DNA from: Syntrophaceae bacterium
GTDB lineage: Bacteria > Desulfobacterota > Syntrophia > Syntrophales > UBA5619
Assembly: GCA_003141195.1 (NCBI GenBank)
Contig: PLLC01000106.1
Span: 2,745-66,744 of the forward strand
DNA length: 64,000 bases
Direction of reading: 5' to 3'
In this document: positions 26,391 to 35,709 of the stretch, in pieces
Position numbering within the stretch: the stretch's first letter is position 1
How the letters are laid out: each line of letters starts with the position of its first letter
The notes under the pieces: model-generated
Seen by the model: the letters and a program-made list of their open reading frames with translations, nothing else
Database searches by the model: none
Told to the model about the DNA's origin: nothing
Translations under genes and position numbers: made by a program

Positions 26391-28514
26391 TTACGACTCG
26401 GAACAAACCCTGTCTTTTCCGTTCTTCTTTCCCTGGTACATGAGTTGGTCAACCCGGTGAACGAAGGCCTTCATCTCTTCCTGCGGCTTGTACTGCGCAA
26501 TTCCGATGCTCACTGTCACCTGGACGTCTTGACCCGGCGCCGGGGAGAAAGTCTCCTTTTTGAATTCTGTCCGGATTCTTTCCGCTGTAACGGCGCCGTC
26601 CGCGCTTGTTGTCATGGGCAGGAGGATGGTGAATTCTTCGCCGCCATAACGATAAGCGAAATCCGTCTCGCGCAGGCATCTTTTGACCACCTGGCCGAGT
26701 CGCCATAAGACATGGTCTCCCTCGACATGACCGTAGGCGTCGTTGAATGCCTTGAAATTGTCGAGATCAAGAAGGAGGAGGGTTAAAGGCTGTTCATAGC
26801 GGTTCGACCGGTCTAATTCGATTTTAAGCTGAAAGTAAAAATGCCGGGAATTGTAGAGCTGCGTGAGGCCATCGATAATACTGAGTTCTCGGTATTTTTT
26901 TTCACTGTCCCTCAGCGCCTTCTCCACCTTCTTTCGATCGGTGATGTCGCGGACGACACAAATCAACCCCCCATTAGCCGTAGCCGTTAAGGATAGCTCC
27001 TGCGGAAACTTGCCCCCATTTTTTTTCGTACCTATGGTTTCGCCATACCAATCTCCTTTTCGACTAAATTCAGGCATGATTTCTTGCTCAAAGCGTTGAA
27101 GGACATCAGAATCATAGAGAATCCTCCATGACTTTCCAATAAGTTCTCCGGCATCCTCATAACCATAAAGCTTGGCATGCGCTTTGTTTAAGTAGACGTA
27201 TTCCCCTTCTTCATTGAGGAGGGCCATCCCATCGATCGCCGCCTCCATGGCATCGGTTTGTTGTCGGAGTTTTGCCTCCACCCGCTTGCGATCGGTGATG
27301 TCGCGGAAAATCCCAAAAACGTGAGTCTCGCCTCGGTATTTGACAGGCACACCGGTGGACTCAACATGCACCACCTGCGCATCCAGGGCCAAAAGTCGGT
27401 GTTCACGGGGAGGTGCAATCCAGTTTTCATCCAGGGTCTTTTTCACCCGTTCGGTTGATATGGCCAAGTCGTCGGGATGAACCAGGTCTAAGTATCGTTT
27501 TCCAATCAAATCTTCCGGATGATTCGCCCGAAAAAGTTTGAGCGCGGCCGGGTTCGCGTAGATGATAATCTCTTTGGAGCGGAGGAGAACGGCGTCGCTC
27601 GAGGCTTCAACGATTCTGCGGTATCTTTCTTCGCTGTCTTTCAGTTCTTTCTCAATCCGCTTGCGATCGGTGATGTCGCGGGACGCCGCCTGGAAACCGA
27701 CCACATGGCCATTTTCCACGATCAACTGCGTATTTTGCCCAAGCCAGACCTCATGGCCGTCTTTCGCAATAATGGGATATTCGGAATAGGTATTTTGAAT
27801 CCCCTTTACGAACTGACGGCCGAAGAACTTCATGGCTTCCTCACGCATATCCGGGCTGATCAATGTCGGATAATGTATCCCGATAGCCTCGTCTTCCCGG
27901 TATCCAGTAATCCGGAGCGCCACCGAATTTATGAAGGTGAAATGTCCTGTGCTGTCCGTCGTGAAGACGATATCACTCGCATTTTCCACCAAGACCCGAT
28001 ACCGCTCCTCACTCTCCCTCAGCGCCTTCTCCGCCTGCTTGCGCTCGGTAACATCGCGCACATTCATCACAAAACCGGCAACAACCGGATTATCCAGGAG
28101 ATTCTTTCCGAAACCCTCCAGAATGCGTTCGGTGCCATCTTTATGCCTGATACGGAAAGCGTCAGGAATGACGATTTCTTTTGTCAGCAACGCCCTGCCA
28201 AAATCCTCAACGGCTTTCGGCTTATCGTCCGATAGAATCAGATCCAAACTTCTCTTTCCGATCAACTCGTCCGGCTTGTAGCCGAGAAAACGTTCAACGG
28301 AGGGACTCGCATAGGCAATGGTTCCCAGCCCATCCAAGATAAAGATGATATCAGATGAGTTCTGGGTGATCGCATTGAAGTACTCCTCGCTCTTCCGTAG
28401 TGCTCCAGAGGCTCTCTTGCGCTCCGATTCCGACTGTTCAAGTTCCCGGATTCTCTGCTTTAAAAAAGATATCTCTTCGATCAATTCCGCATTTGTCTTG
28501 GCTTGGTCGTTCAT
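26391..28514 (-). CDS. Multi-PAS diguanylate cyclase (GGDEF)
   Basis: 707 aa. Four PAS/PAC-like repeats (recurring DITERK/DITDRKR boundaries), then GGDEF: DLDNFKAFNDAYGHVEGD...RYGGEEFTILL. Confidence 0.9.
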   Translation of the reverse strand: MNDQAKTNAELIEEISFLKQRIRELEQSESERKRASGALRKSEEYFNAITQNSSDIIFILDGLGTIAYASPSVERFLGYKPDELIGKRSLDLILSDDKPKAVEDFGRALLTKEIVIPDAFRIRHKDGTERILEGFGKNLLDNPVVAGFVMNVRDVTERKQAEKALRESEERYRVLVENASDIVFTTDSTGHFTFINSVALRITGYREDEAIGIHYPTLISPDMREEAMKFFGRQFVKGIQNTYSEYPIIAKDGHEVWLGQNTQLIVENGHVVGFQAASRDITDRKRIEKELKDSEERYRRIVEASSDAVLLRSKEIIIYANPAALKLFRANHPEDLIGKRYLDLVHPDDLAISTERVKKTLDENWIAPPREHRLLALDAQVVHVESTGVPVKYRGETHVFGIFRDITDRKRVEAKLRQQTDAMEAAIDGMALLNEEGEYVYLNKAHAKLYGYEDAGELIGKSWRILYDSDVLQRFEQEIMPEFSRKGDWYGETIGTKKNGGKFPQELSLTATANGGLICVVRDITDRKKVEKALRDSEKKYRELSIIDGLTQLYNSRHFYFQLKIELDRSNRYEQPLTLLLLDLDNFKAFNDAYGHVEGDHVLWRLGQVVKRCLRETDFAYRYGGEEFTILLPMTTSADGAVTAERIRTEFKKETFSPAPGQDVQVTVSIGIAQYKPQEEMKAFVHRVDQLMYQGKKNGKDRVCSES

Positions 28515-28724
28515 CCGGGCCCTCTGTTTTAATAAATGGTGCCGGTCGGGAAGAAATACGGTTGGTGTCTGTTACGAGACTTTTTAACTCCTTGCGCAGG
28601 CTACCGGATACCCATTGAGATGTCAAATGGATTGTAGCCCATAAGATACTGTTTACCGTCTGAAATCATCAATTTTTTATGGCTATGCCGGTTTGTGAGT
28701 TACAGGAAGAAGGCAAGCGCCGTC

Positions 28725-29009
28725 TCACTTGAACATGGATGCCAGCTTTGTCTTTGCGGGATCTCCGGCATCCTTTCCCTGATGGCCGGACGCGGTATCC
28801 CGAAAGATGAAATAATCGCAGAAATTGCCCCGTTCCTTTTCAACCGCCCTCTCGGCCTGAGGTTCCCTGCACTCATTGTAGGTCCCCGGCGCATGGAATG
28901 TGCAATTGAGACAGCAGCGCAGGTCGGATCCGCAGGAGGGGCAGACATCCTTCCTTCCCAACGGGGTCTTGATTTCCAGATCCTTCAGACATTTATGGCA
29001 TTTTTTCAT
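28725..29009 (-). CDS. Small Cys-rich zinc-ribbon protein (function unknown)
   Basis: ORF 28725..29063, trimmed to the ATG at 29009: MKKCHKCLKDLEIKTPLGRKDVCPSCGSDLRCCLNCTFHAPGTYNECREPQAE...NFCDYF. CxxC...CxxC...CxxC pattern and good GC3 bias. Confidence 0.65.
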   Translation of the reverse strand: MKKCHKCLKDLEIKTPLGRKDVCPSCGSDLRCCLNCTFHAPGTYNECREPQAERAVEKERGNFCDYFIFRDTASGHQGKDAGDPAKTKLASMFK

Positions 29010-29157
29010 CTTGCTTCCTGCCCATCGGGATGATGTAGACCGGCTGCTCGCTTTCGGGAACATTCAGCACCTTCCGCACATCTTCATCCCTGAATCCGCC
29101 CATGACCACGGCCCCGATTTTCCGGGAATGGGCCTGCAGAAGGATATTCTGTGGGGT
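28993..29157 (-). pseudogene. C-terminal remnant of a nitroreductase-family gene
   Basis: The reverse frame reads TPQNILLQAHSRKIGAVVMGGFRDEDVRKVLNVPESEQPVYIIPMGRKQDEKMP*, a typical nitroreductase C-terminus, bounded upstream by TAA. A possible decayed N-terminal piece (ATG at 29300, MQNPDQPAVDPAPHAARWVFV...) is in another frame. The middle of the gene is missing. Confidence 0.5.
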
Positions 29158-29338
29158 TTATTTTCAATCTGACATACAATTCAGGATCCGTCAATGAAGG
29201 ATGCCGGATCTGAATCACGGAGAATCCACAGATGTTTGACAAAAACCCAGCGGGCGGCATGCGGTGCGGGATCAACGGCAGGTTGATCCGGGTTTTGCAT
29301 GGACGCCAGGGGCGGGGAATTAAATCGTCCAGCCTCCC

Positions 29339-29367
29339 TTGACAGGGTCCGGGCCGATTCTTATATT
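29339..29367 (+). promoter_or_regulatory. Sigma-70-type promoter candidate for gmhA-grpE-dnaK
   Basis: TTGACA (29339-29344), 17 nt, TATATT (29362-29367). Located 46 nt upstream of the gmhA ATG. Confidence 0.6.
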
Positions 29368-29412
29368 AGGCGCGGTTTTGAGGGATACGTTAAAAATGTC
29401 AGGAAGAACGCG

Positions 29413-29997
29413 ATGGAAGATTACATCATCAAGATATTCCGGGAGTCGGGCCAGGTCAAGGAGGTTTTCGTCAACGAAAACCTCAACCGGATCGTGGCCG
29501 TGGTCGAGGCGGTTACGACGGCTCTGAAGGCGGGAAACAAGATTCTGCTCTTCGGAAACGGCGGGTCCGCGGCGGACGCCCAGCACCTTGCAGCGGAATT
29601 CGTGAACCGGTTCGTGATCGAGAGGCCGCCCCTTCCCGCCATTGCGCTGACGACGGATACGTCGATCATTACCAGCATCGGGAATGACTACGATTTCGCG
29701 GACATCTTCAGCAGGCAGATCCGGGCCATCGGCCAGAAGGGCGATATTGCCTGGGGAATGAGCACCAGCGGGACCTCCATGAACGTGGTCAAGGGTCTGG
29801 AGGCGGCCAAGAAGATCGGCATGGTCACGATCGGTCTGACCGGACGGGACGGCGGTGATGTTGCGAAGATCGCGGATCACGCCCTGAACGTCTCCTCGAC
29901 CAGCACCCCCCGCATCCAGGAGGTGCACATCACGGTGGGGCACGTGATCTGCGAGATGGTGGATTTCAAGCTCTTTCAGAGACCGGATATGAAATAG
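29413..29997 (+). CDS. gmhA: D-sedoheptulose-7-phosphate isomerase (SIS domain)
   Basis: ORF 29299..29997, trimmed to the ATG at 29413. ILLFGNGGSAADAQHLAAEFVNRF, ALTTDTSIITSIGNDYDF, GMSTSGTSMNV, IGLTGRDGG, QEVHITVGH. Confidence 0.85.
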   Translation: MEDYIIKIFRESGQVKEVFVNENLNRIVAVVEAVTTALKAGNKILLFGNGGSAADAQHLAAEFVNRFVIERPPLPAIALTTDTSIITSIGNDYDFADIFSRQIRAIGQKGDIAWGMSTSGTSMNVVKGLEAAKKIGMVTIGLTGRDGGDVAKIADHALNVSSTSTPRIQEVHITVGHVICEMVDFKLFQRPDMK

Positions 29998-30004
29998 GAG
30001 AGAC

Positions 30005-30640
30005 ATGGTCGCAAAGGTGAAAAAAGATACGGCAGAGGCCAGAGAAGGTCTTCCGAAAAAAACGGGGGAACCGCACGCGGCGGTTGGCGAGACTGTAGCG
30101 GAAGTTCCCGGTAAGACGGATAAGGCAGAAGATCTGATGGTGAAACTTCAGGACGCGGAGAACAAGGCCGCGGAAAATTACGACAAATACGTGCGCGCCG
30201 TTGCCGAACTCGAAAATTATCGGAAACGCGCCGTCCGGGAGAAGGCGGACGCGATTCAATACGGCAACGAGACCCTGCTGCGGGACATCCTGCCGCTGGT
30301 CGACGGCATGGACCGCGCCTTGGAACATGCCTGCAATTCGGAAGACTTCGAGGCCTTCAAAAAGGGGCTCAAGCTGCTTCAAGGGCAGCTCCTGGGTTGT
30401 CTGCAGAAACACGGTGTGGAGATGATCGATACGGCGGGGAAGGATTTCGATCCGCATGTACATGAGGCGATGATGCAGGTGGAGAGCGCCGAACATGAGG
30501 ATAGCCAGGTAGTCGGCGAGTTCGAGCGGGGGTATCTGCTCAACGGCAGGCTGCTCCGGCCGGCGAAGGTATCCGTCTGCAAACGTTCTTCGATGGGCGG
30601 TGATCCGGAAAATAATTGCGAAGAAGCTAAGAATCATTAA
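30005..30640 (+). CDS. grpE: Nucleotide exchange factor GrpE
   Basis: YVRAVAELENYRKRAVREK...LLRDILPLVDGMDRAL...FDPHVHEAMMQVES...VVGEFERGYLLNGRLLRPAKV. Confidence 0.95.
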   Translation: MVAKVKKDTAEAREGLPKKTGEPHAAVGETVAEVPGKTDKAEDLMVKLQDAENKAAENYDKYVRAVAELENYRKRAVREKADAIQYGNETLLRDILPLVDGMDRALEHACNSEDFEAFKKGLKLLQGQLLGCLQKHGVEMIDTAGKDFDPHVHEAMMQVESAEHEDSQVVGEFERGYLLNGRLLRPAKVSVCKRSSMGGDPENNCEEAKNH

Positions 30641-30658
30641 AGAGGAGGAATCGTTATC

Positions 30659-32596
30659 ATGGGAAAGATTATCGGAATCGATCTGGGAACAACCAACTCG
30701 TGCGTCGCGGTGATGGAAGGCGGGGACCCCGTCGTGATTGCGAACCAAGAGGGGAATCGGACGACCCCATCGATGGTGGCCTTTACGGAGAGCGGGGAGC
30801 GGCAGGTGGGGCAGGTCGCCAAGCGGCAGGCCGTCACCAACTCGGAGAACACCGTCTATGCGATCAAGCGGCTCATCGGGAGAAAATACAATTCGAAAGA
30901 GGTTCAGTACGACAAAACGGTCAGCCCGTTCAAGATCACCGAGGCCGGAAACGGAGACGCCCAGGTGACGATCCGGGGGCGGAACTACAGCCCGGCGGAG
31001 ATCTCCTCGATGATCCTGACGAAGATGAAGCAGACCGCGGATGATTACCTCGGGGAGAAAATCACCGATGCGGTCATCACGGTGCCCGCCTACTTTAACG
31101 ACTCCCAGCGGCAGGCGACGAAGGACGCCGGCAAGATCGCGGGGCTGAACGTCTTGCGGATCATCAACGAGCCGACGGCGGCGGCCCTGGCCTATGGCCT
31201 GGACAAGAAGAAGGACGAGAAGATCGCCGTCTTCGACCTGGGCGGCGGGACGTTTGACATCTCGATCCTCGAACTGGGCGACGGGGTTTTTGAAGTCAAG
31301 TCCACGAACGGCGACACCCACTTGGGCGGCGAGGATTACGACCAGCGGCTGATCGAGTACCTGGCCACCGAATTCAAGAAGGACCAGGGTATCGACATCC
31401 GGAAGGACAAGATGGCTTTGCAGCGAATCAAGGAGGCGGCGGAGAAGGCGAAGATGGAACTCTCCAGCTCGATGGAGACGGACGTCAACCTGCCCTTCAT
31501 CACGGCCGACGCCTCGGGTCCCAAACACATGAACATCAAGCTGACCCGGGCGAAGCTGGAGGCCCTCGTCGAGGACCTGATCGAAAAGATGGTGCCGCCC
31601 TGCCTGACGGCCCTCCAGGACGCGAAACTCAAGACAAGCGAAATCGACGAGGTAATCCTCGTCGGCGGGATGACCCGGATGCCCCGCGTCCAGCAGAAGG
31701 TGAAGGAGATCTTCGGGAAGGAGCCCAACAGAGGAGTCAACCCGGATGAGGTGGTCGCGGTCGGCGCGGCGATCCAGGGCGGAGTCCTGACCGGCGACGT
31801 GAAGGACGTCCTGCTCCTTGACGTGACGCCGCTTTCCCTCGGCATCGAGACGCTGGGCGGCGTCATGACGAGGCTGATCGAAAAGAACACGACGATTCCG
31901 ACCAAGAAGAGCCAGGTCTTTTCGACGGCGGCCGACAACCAGCCGGCGGTGAGCATCCATGTCCTCCAGGGGGAACGCTCTATGGCGGGCGACAACCGGA
32001 CGCTCGGGCGGTTCGAACTGGTGGGGATCCCCACGGCGCCGCGCGGCGTGCCGCAGATCGAGGTGACCTTCGACATCGACGCGAACGGCATCGTTCACGT
32101 CTCGGCGAAGGATTTGGGGACCGGGAAGGAGCAGAGCATCAAGATCACCGCTTCCAGCGGTCTTTCCGAAGAGGAGATCAGGAAGCTGGTGAAGGATGCC
32201 GACGCCCACGCCGAGGAAGACAAGAAGAAGAAGGAGCTCATCGAGGCGCGGAACCATGCGGACGCAATGGCCTACAGCGTGGAGAAGAACATCAAGGAGT
32301 TCGGGGACAAGATCGACGCCGCCGAGAAGGCGAAGATCGAAGAGGGCATCGCCAAGGTGAAGAAGGCGATCGAGGGCGACGACCTTGAGGCGATCAAGAC
32401 GGCTCAGGAGGAGCTGACCAACGCCTCCCACAAACTGGCGGAGGCGATGTACGCCAAGACCGCGCAGCAGCAGCCGGGTGCGGGCGCCGGTCCCCAACCG
32501 GGTGCGGAAGCCGGTCCGGGCGCAGGTGCGCAGGCGGGCGGCGGCAAGAAGGATGACGACGTGGTCGACGCCGATTTCGAGGATGTGAAGAAGTAA
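30659..32596 (+). CDS. dnaK: Molecular chaperone DnaK (Hsp70)
   Basis: [21 protein letters not shown]..., [26 protein letters not shown]. 645 aa, full length. Confidence 0.98.
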   Translation: MGKIIGIDLGTTNSCVAVMEGGDPVVIANQEGNRTTPSMVAFTESGERQVGQVAKRQAVTNSENTVYAIKRLIGRKYNSKEVQYDKTVSPFKITEAGNGDAQVTIRGRNYSPAEISSMILTKMKQTADDYLGEKITDAVITVPAYFNDSQRQATKDAGKIAGLNVLRIINEPTAAALAYGLDKKKDEKIAVFDLGGGTFDISILELGDGVFEVKSTNGDTHLGGEDYDQRLIEYLATEFKKDQGIDIRKDKMALQRIKEAAEKAKMELSSSMETDVNLPFITADASGPKHMNIKLTRAKLEALVEDLIEKMVPPCLTALQDAKLKTSEIDEVILVGGMTRMPRVQQKVKEIFGKEPNRGVNPDEVVAVGAAIQGGVLTGDVKDVLLLDVTPLSLGIETLGGVMTRLIEKNTTIPTKKSQVFSTAADNQPAVSIHVLQGERSMAGDNRTLGRFELVGIPTAPRGVPQIEVTFDIDANGIVHVSAKDLGTGKEQSIKITASSGLSEEEIRKLVKDADAHAEEDKKKKELIEARNHADAMAYSVEKNIKEFGDKIDAAEKAKIEEGIAKVKKAIEGDDLEAIKTAQEELTNASHKLAEAMYAKTAQQQPGAGAGPQPGAEAGPGAGAQAGGGKKDDDVVDADFEDVKK

Positions 32597-32617
32597 ATTT
32601 TGTTTGAGACCCAACGG

Positions 32618-32651
32618 CCCGGGCGTCCCTCGCGGATGCCCGGGTTTTTTT
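32618..32651 (+). terminator. Rho-independent terminator after dnaK
   Basis: CCCGGGC (32618-32624) pairs with GCCCGGG (32638-32644), followed by TTTTTTT (32645-32651). Lies 22 nt after the dnaK stop. Confidence 0.8.
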
Positions 32652-32753
32652 ATCGACGACGGGTTCCGTATGGTATAAGGGATCATGAAAAAAGGAAGAG
32701 ATTCCTCCCTCAGGGGAGGGTAAAGAGCAGGGGAACTGGAGTAGGCGATCGTG

Positions 32754-33356
32754 ATGAGCCTTTTGCACAGGGTGATGCGATGGATGGCGCCGGCGGCGGT
32801 TCTGCTGATCCTTCTGGTTCTTCCGCCAGCGGGGGACGCCGCGCAACCCGGAGGCAAGGCCGCGGTCACTTCACCGCAGGCGGTTGTGGAGGCGAAACTG
32901 CTCCTGGACCGGGATTACTTCACCGCCCTCCTGGACGGCGTCGATCGCGCCCGATCGGAGATCTTCCTTTCCGCCTACCTGTTCCGGACGATCGAGAATG
33001 CGAAGGGTTATCCCGAGGCGGTTCTGAAACGCCTTCTCGCGGCGGCGAAGCGGGGAGTTCGGGTTGATGTGGTCGTCGAACGGAATCAGGATGCAGACGA
33101 CCTCAACCGGAGCAATGCCGAGACGGCGGAGAGGCTGAAACAGGGTGGAATCCGAGTCTGCATGGACGCCCCGGACCGGGTGATGCACACGAAGCTCGTA
33201 GTGATCGACCGGCGGTACGTCCTGATCGGGAGCCACAACCTGACGCAGTCGGCCCTGAAGTACAACCACGAGGCCTCCGTCTGGATCGATTCGGCCCCAC
33301 TGGCCGAAGAGGCGCTGCTCTATATGAAGTCCCTCTGCCCCGGAGAGTGGAAGTGA
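32754..33356 (+). CDS. Secreted phospholipase D-like / Nuc-family HKD-domain protein
   Basis: Signal-like N-terminus (MRWMAPAAVLLILLVLPPAGDA). Single HKD motif HTKLVVIDRRYVLIGSHNLT. GTG at 32751 or ATG at 32754. Confidence 0.8.
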   Translation: MSLLHRVMRWMAPAAVLLILLVLPPAGDAAQPGGKAAVTSPQAVVEAKLLLDRDYFTALLDGVDRARSEIFLSAYLFRTIENAKGYPEAVLKRLLAAAKRGVRVDVVVERNQDADDLNRSNAETAERLKQGGIRVCMDAPDRVMHTKLVVIDRRYVLIGSHNLTQSALKYNHEASVWIDSAPLAEEALLYMKSLCPGEWK

Positions 33357-33483
33357 AAACAGTGACGCAGCGAAAATGATAGCAATTTTCCCTCCCCAAA
33401 CGGGAGTCAGGGGGGGTTATCTGCGGGATTGCTTATACACGTCTTGACGGTCAATGACGGCCGGATCATCGAGGTAAAATCGG

Positions 33484-34281
33484 ATGGCAAAACGTTTTCT
33501 TCTGACCAACGACGACGGAATCTATGCGCGGGGGCTTCTCGCCCTCTATCAGGAGCTCTCCCGGGACGCGGAGTGCCTCATCGTGGCGCCCGAGGTCGAA
33601 CAAAGCGCCGTCGGCCACGCGATCACGATCGCCCGGCCGCTGATGGTCCGGAAGGCCCGGAAGAATGGGTGTTTCCTCGGCTATGCCGTCCTCGGGACGC
33701 CGGCCGACTGCGTCAAGATCGGCCTTGGCGAGCTGGCGGGGGGGCCGGTCGATCTGGTCGTCTCCGGGATTAACCGCGGCGCCAACGTGGGGATCAACAT
33801 CCTCTATTCGGGGACCGTTTCCGCGGCGACGGAGGCGGCGATTCAGGGGGTGCCGTCGCTCGCGATTTCCCTGGATACTCACGAGGAGGCGGACTACACG
33901 ACGGCCGCCCGTTTTGCCCGGAAGATGGCCGCCTTTCTCCTGGAAAACCCCCTGCCGAACGTCGCGCTGAATGTGAACGTCCCGGCGGTCCCGGAAGAGG
34001 AGATCCGGGGCGTCGTGGTCGCGAAACAGGGGCGGGCGCGCCTGATGGAGAGCTTCGACAAGAGGGTCGATCCGCGCGACAACACCTATTACTGGCTGGC
34101 CGGCGAGACGGAGCTCCCCTCGCAGGAGCAGGACGATACGGACGCCAGCACCCTGAAGCGGGGGATGATCACCGTCACCCCGATCTATTACGACCTCACC
34201 CGCCATGACCTCTTGGACGGTCTGAGAACCCGCGTCAAGGAATACTTCCGACCGATTGTAAAAAAGCCATATTTTATATAG
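33484..34281 (+). CDS. surE: 5'/3'-nucleotidase SurE
   Basis: FLLTNDDGIYARGL...VVAPEVEQSAVGHAIT...VVSGINRGANVGINILYSGTVSAATEAA. Confidence 0.93.
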   Translation: MAKRFLLTNDDGIYARGLLALYQELSRDAECLIVAPEVEQSAVGHAITIARPLMVRKARKNGCFLGYAVLGTPADCVKIGLGELAGGPVDLVVSGINRGANVGINILYSGTVSAATEAAIQGVPSLAISLDTHEEADYTTAARFARKMAAFLLENPLPNVALNVNVPAVPEEEIRGVVVAKQGRARLMESFDKRVDPRDNTYYWLAGETELPSQEQDDTDASTLKRGMITVTPIYYDLTRHDLLDGLRTRVKEYFRPIVKKPYFI

Positions 34282-34287
34282 GATCCC

Positions 34288-34316
34288 TTGACAACCTCCC
34301 TTCCTGCCATTATATT
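34288..34316 (+). promoter_or_regulatory. Sigma-70-type promoter candidate for the ars operon, with CTGAT repeats just downstream
   Basis: TTGACA (34288-34293), 17 nt, TATATT (34311-34316). CTGAT at 34326-30 and 34335-39, and the inverted ATCAG at 34351-55, overlap the expected transcription start region. Confidence 0.6.
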
Positions 34317-34381
34317 CAGCATAATCTGATGTTGCTGATATATCAATATTATCAGAAATAAACAACGAATGGAGATTTTCA

Positions 34382-34666
34382 ATGGAGAAAGACAATTCAA
34401 AAGCGTCCTGCTGCGAGGGCGGGAGTGCCGGCATGAGCTGCTGCCGCGTCGAGGCGCTTCTCGGCGTCGACGAGCGGGGCCAGATGGTGCTTCCCAAGGA
34501 ATTGAGGGACAGGGCAAACATCAAGGCGGGCGACAAACTGGCGATTGTCAGTTGGGAAAAGGACGGGGAGATCTGCTGCCTTGCCCTGATCAAAGCCGAC
34601 AATCTCGCCGAGCGGGTGAGGGAGTTTCTCGGTCCGGTCATGCGAGAGGGTGGTTCGGGTTCATAG
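34382..34666 (+). CDS. AbrB/MazE/SpoVT-type DNA-binding protein with three vicinal Cys pairs
   Basis: 94 aa. SpoVT-AbrB core VDERGQMVLPKELRDRANIKAGDKLAIV. CC pairs at SCCEGG, SCCRVE, ICCLAL. GGAG 9 nt upstream of the ATG. Confidence 0.75.
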   Translation: MEKDNSKASCCEGGSAGMSCCRVEALLGVDERGQMVLPKELRDRANIKAGDKLAIVSWEKDGEICCLALIKADNLAERVREFLGPVMREGGSGS

Positions 34667-34744
34667 ACACAGAAACGAAGACGCCCCCGAGGAGTCACTG
34701 TGGGGGCGATTAACGAAGGCATCTGAAAAGGGAGGATTGAAACG

Positions 34745-35590
34745 ATGGAACAGGGAGAAATCAGGAAGGCCGTCCGGGACGGTTATGGACAGATCGCGAA
34801 GAATTCAGGAAGTTGTTGCCTTCCCGGGGCATCGTGCGACGGCGGTGTCAGTTCGGTGGAAAAAATCAGCCAGGGGATCGGTTACAGCCCGGAGGAGATG
34901 CAGGCCGTTCCGGAAGGGGCGAACCTCGGCCTGGGCTGCGGAAATCCGGTGGCGCTGGCGTCACTGAAAGAGGGGGAAACGGTGGTGGATCTGGGGTCCG
35001 GCGCCGGTTTCGATGCTTTCCTCGCCGCCCGGGCCGTGGGGAAAAGCGGGCGGGTGATCGGCGTGGATATGACGCCCGAGATGCTCGACAAGGCGCGGGG
35101 AAACGCCCGGAAGGGCGACTACGGAAACGTGGAATTCCGTCTGGGGGAAATCGAGAACCTCCCCGTCGCCAACCGGACTGCGGATATCATTATCTCGAAT
35201 TGCGTCATTAACCTCTCCCCCGACAAGGAGCGGGTCTTCAGGGAGGCGTTCCGGGTTCTCAAGCCTGGCGGCAGACTGATGGTCTCGGATATCGTTCTAT
35301 TGAACCGGCTGTCCAATGCGCTGAAAGAATCCATCGAGGCCTATGTCGGCTGCGTTGCCGGCGCTGTGATGAAAGAGGACTACCTTCAGGCGATCCGGGG
35401 GGCCGGTTTCGAGGAAGTGGGGATCATCGACGAAACAACCTTTCCCGTGAAGGAGCTTATCAGTCATCCCGCGGTACAGGAGCACTTCGGGCAGGTGGAT
35501 CAGATGGAGTCGCAGATCGAAGAAATCAGCTCCTCCATCGCCAGCATCAAGGTTTATGCCGTGAAGCCGGCGGCGAACAAAGGGCATTGA
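34745..35590 (+). CDS. arsM: Arsenite S-adenosylmethionine methyltransferase
   Basis: VRDGYGQIAK...SCC..., GLGCGNP, SAM site VVDLGSGAGFD, RVIGVDMTPEML, IISNCVINLSPDK, LKPGGRLMVSD, YVGCVAGA (conserved As-binding Cys positions). Confidence 0.9.
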   Translation: MEQGEIRKAVRDGYGQIAKNSGSCCLPGASCDGGVSSVEKISQGIGYSPEEMQAVPEGANLGLGCGNPVALASLKEGETVVDLGSGAGFDAFLAARAVGKSGRVIGVDMTPEMLDKARGNARKGDYGNVEFRLGEIENLPVANRTADIIISNCVINLSPDKERVFREAFRVLKPGGRLMVSDIVLLNRLSNALKESIEAYVGCVAGAVMKEDYLQAIRGAGFEEVGIIDETTFPVKELISHPAVQEHFGQVDQMESQIEEISSSIASIKVYAVKPAANKGH

Positions 35591-35709
35591 AAAATGCTCC
35601 TTATCTTTTTCTCCGCGCGTTCCCGCCGGGCGCCCCCGGATTTTACGTTACCCGGGCGGCTGTCCGGCGAGGACGAGACGGAAAACCTGACGTGAGGAGG
35701 TGTTTTATC

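Noticed and set aside
29966-32869. 967-aa ORF on the minus strand spanning grpE and dnaK
   Set aside because: It is the well-known antisense shadow ORF of dnaK in GC-rich genomes. The translation is low-complexity and rich in R, L, D and V, with no recognisable motifs, while the sense strand encodes unambiguous GrpE and DnaK.
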